64,000 nt of DNA from Planctomycetota bacterium (GTDB taxonomy: Bacteria > Planctomycetota > B15-G4), in assembly GCA_965248575.1 (NCBI GenBank), contig CBDFJQ010000002.1, positions 1,760,001-1,824,000 of the forward strand. The letters run 5' to 3'. Positions 61,856 through 64,000 of the stretch are shown here, piece after piece (position 1 is the first letter of the stretch; each line of letters begins with the position of its first letter). Below the pieces are notes generated by a model, which worked only from the letters and a program-made list of their open reading frames with translations, was not told the origin of the DNA and made no database searches. A program made the translations under genes and the position numbers.

Positions 61856-62019
61856 CCAGCAACTCCCAAGCAAGTTCGAGGCGCGGCCGTCGTAGACGCC
61901 GCAGATCCGGGCGAGCCTCGCGGAGTGGACAGGGAGCGTCAAGTCCAACCTCCCTGGGACCCGAATCGGCTTTGGTACGATCCGCCGCCCCCGCGGGGTC
62001 CCCCAGCCCCCCCCAGCCC

Positions 62020-63501
62020 ATGGTTTCCTTCCACGACCGCACTGCCCTCGACTGCTCCTGGCCGCGCCAGCTCGCGCGTACCCTGGCCGGCCTCTTCCTG
62101 GCTACGGGCCTGGCAGCTGGGATGCTTGCGTGCTCCGACGCCCCGGGCAGCGAGCGCCTCCCCCCGCCCGGGGGAGCAGCGTTGTCTCCTGACAGCGCGG
62201 CCCAGCAGCGTGCCGGAGACCAGCCGTTGTCCATCATCCTGGTGTCCATCGACACCGTGCGGCGGGATCACGTGGGTTTCTACGGCTACGAGCGCAACAC
62301 CACGCCCTTCCTGGACAAGTTGGCCGAGAAGAGCCTGGTCTTCGACAACGCCTATACCACCTTCAGTTGGACCCTGGTCGCGCACATGGGGATGCTGACC
62401 GGCCTCTACCCCAGTCAGCACGGCGTCTGGCATGAGGACGCAGCGCTGGCCCCGAGCGTTCCCACCCTCGCCGAACGTCTGCAGGAGCGTGGGTACCACA
62501 CCATGGGCTTCCATGACTCCAACTGGCTCACCGCCCGCTACGGTTTCGCCAGGGGCTACGACGTGTACCGTCGCCACATGGGCGCCCCCATCGCCGGGCT
62601 GCACATGGAAGAAGCCATGGCGGCCCGCCCGAAGAACAAGCCCTTCTTCATGTTCCTGCATCTGATGGACGCGCACAACGCGCCGCTGACCCCCGGCAGC
62701 ACCATGTACGAGCCGCCAGAGCCCTTCGACAGCCTGTTCATGGTGGACGCCCGGGAGCGCCTGGAAGGCGTCGACATCGACCAGGCCTGGAAGCACGGAA
62801 CCAACATCAGTCCCGAGCAGCACGAGGCGCTGCTCGCGCTCTATGACGGTGGCATCCGCTACACCGACACCAAGCTGGGCGAGTGGATCGAAGCCTGGTG
62901 GAGGACAGGTCTGTTGGACGATGCCGTCCTGATCATCACCTCGGATCACGGAGAGAGCCTCCACCAGCGCGGCACCGGCTACCAAGGGCATGGCTTCGCA
63001 TTCAACGAAGGCTTGCAGGTCCCGCTCCTGATCCACTACCCGGGCGATGCGCGCGGCGGCGAACGAATCCAGACGCCCGTCAGCCATGTCGACCTGCTCC
63101 CCACCATCCTGGACGAACTCGAGCTCGCCCCCGACAGCCGGCTGCCTGGCTATTCGTTGGCGGAAGGTCGTCCACTCGACTCGGTCATCTACGCCGAGCA
63201 ACCGAACCGCATGGAGGCCTTCATCCGCTGGCCGTGGAAGATGCTGCGCCCCACCACCGGTGATACGAGCCGCCTGCGCCTGTTCGATCTCGACCAGGAC
63301 CCTGCTGAGCTCAGTCCACTCACGCAGGAAGACGCCGAGAGCACGCAGTACACGCGCATCAGCACCGAGTTCGGCAAGCGCGTCGACGGTGAACGCAGCG
63401 GATGGTTCCGCCCCGACGAAGCGAACCCCGATCTGGCGCCCTTGTCTCCGGAAGAGGAGGCGGCCCTCAAGGCCCTCGGCTACCTGGGCGACGAGAACTA
63501 G
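62020..63501 (+). CDS. Sulfatase-fold lipoprotein with Thr at the nucleophile position
   Basis: Lipobox MLAC; IILVSIDTVRRDH; SWTLVAHMGMLTG; FLHLMDAH; TSDHGE; VPLLI; DLLPTI; ALKALGY tail. Confidence 0.85.
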   Translation: MVSFHDRTALDCSWPRQLARTLAGLFLATGLAAGMLACSDAPGSERLPPPGGAALSPDSAAQQRAGDQPLSIILVSIDTVRRDHVGFYGYERNTTPFLDKLAEKSLVFDNAYTTFSWTLVAHMGMLTGLYPSQHGVWHEDAALAPSVPTLAERLQERGYHTMGFHDSNWLTARYGFARGYDVYRRHMGAPIAGLHMEEAMAARPKNKPFFMFLHLMDAHNAPLTPGSTMYEPPEPFDSLFMVDARERLEGVDIDQAWKHGTNISPEQHEALLALYDGGIRYTDTKLGEWIEAWWRTGLLDDAVLIITSDHGESLHQRGTGYQGHGFAFNEGLQVPLLIHYPGDARGGERIQTPVSHVDLLPTILDELELAPDSRLPGYSLAEGRPLDSVIYAEQPNRMEAFIRWPWKMLRPTTGDTSRLRLFDLDQDPAELSPLTQEDAESTQYTRISTEFGKRVDGERSGWFRPDEANPDLAPLSPEEEAALKALGYLGDEN

Positions 63502-63543
63502 CGCCCGGGGCTACCGGACCACCGGACTCCCAACGCCAGCGAT

Positions 63544-64000
63544 TCAGTAGTCCATGCGCACGCGAACGTAGTCCACCTGCGGCCGGAAGCTGCTGACACC
63601 AAACGGGAAGCCCGTCGGGTCCGCGGAGAGGTCGAAGTGCACCCGGAAGCGCACCAGTTCGTGACCATCCAATTCGGTGAGGTCCGCGAGCCAGGGCGTC
63701 AGCGTGCCCGGGTCCGGCACATGGGACCCCGCGCGCACCGGGTGCGCCGCTTGGAACTCGAGCAGGACGAACGCGTTGTCCGTGACCACGTCCTTGATCA
63801 GCACGCCCACGTCCGGAGCGTCGACTTTCACGTCATTGAAGGGAGGCTCGCCGGGCAGCCCGCTGCCGTTCAAGCCCGGCTCTGCAAAACCCGCGTCCTT
63901 CACATAGTGTGCCGAGACTCCAGCGGTCGGCACCGGAGCCCCCACCTGCACGTGGCCCAGCTTGTCCGGGGGAGGCGGAGCGAAGGATGCGTTGTGGGTG
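63544..64000 (-). CDS. 3' end of a larger hypothetical (probably extracellular) protein, truncated by the window edge
   Basis: Frame open to the window end; beta-strand-rich end (LVRFRVHFDL...RPQVDYVRVRMDY); high-GC3 codons. Confidence 0.65.
   Translation of the reverse strand, partial: THNASFAPPPPDKLGHVQVGAPVPTAGVSAHYVKDAGFAEPGLNGSGLPGEPPFNDVKVDAPDVGVLIKDVVTDNAFVLLEFQAAHPVRAGSHVPDPGTLTPWLADLTELDGHELVRFRVHFDLSADPTGFPFGVSSFRPQVDYVRVRMDY

Overview
A GC-rich (roughly two-thirds G+C by eye), gene-dense bacterial chromosome segment. It is most likely from a Planctomycetota member of an uncultured-type lineage (inferred from the bS18 sequence style, the short GlmU, the abundant sulfatase-like and secreted beta-rich proteins, and the lipid A genes). 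The right half holds a housekeeping run on the minus strand: glmU-prs-rplY-pth-[rpsF-rpsR fusion]-rplI-SGNH-dnaB-bamA-lpxD-lpxC/fabZ-lpxA-gnnA-like-ileS. A plus-strand diguanylate cyclase follows, then rpsB-tsf-pyrH-frr-tRNA-Lys. The left half and right end hold accessory genes: an ABC-F ATPase, two two-component systems, a MauG-like dihaem protein, two ATP-grasp enzymes, tRNA-Glu, USPs, a beta-CASP nuclease, several sulfatase-fold proteins, an SGNH hydrolase, a GT-C glycosyltransferase, patatin and nadE. I found no CRISPR array, integrase or transposase. Best leads: (1) a natural in-frame bS6-bS18 ribosomal protein fusion with loss of the intervening ssb; (2) a ~130-aa C-terminal domain shared by unrelated exported proteins, a candidate lineage-specific sorting signal; (3) a FixL-like haem-PAS kinase plus NarL-type regulator in one operon with a DosR-regulon-like gene set, with a 7-2-7 palindrome in its promoter; (4) a candidate highly expressed surface/S-layer protein; (5) Thr-nucleophile sulfatase-fold proteins sharing an LxxLGY tail; (6) IleRS2 with the non-canonical AIHH motif; (7) a recurring leaderless-type promoter layout. 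All family assignments come from motif recognition by eye; no searches were run.
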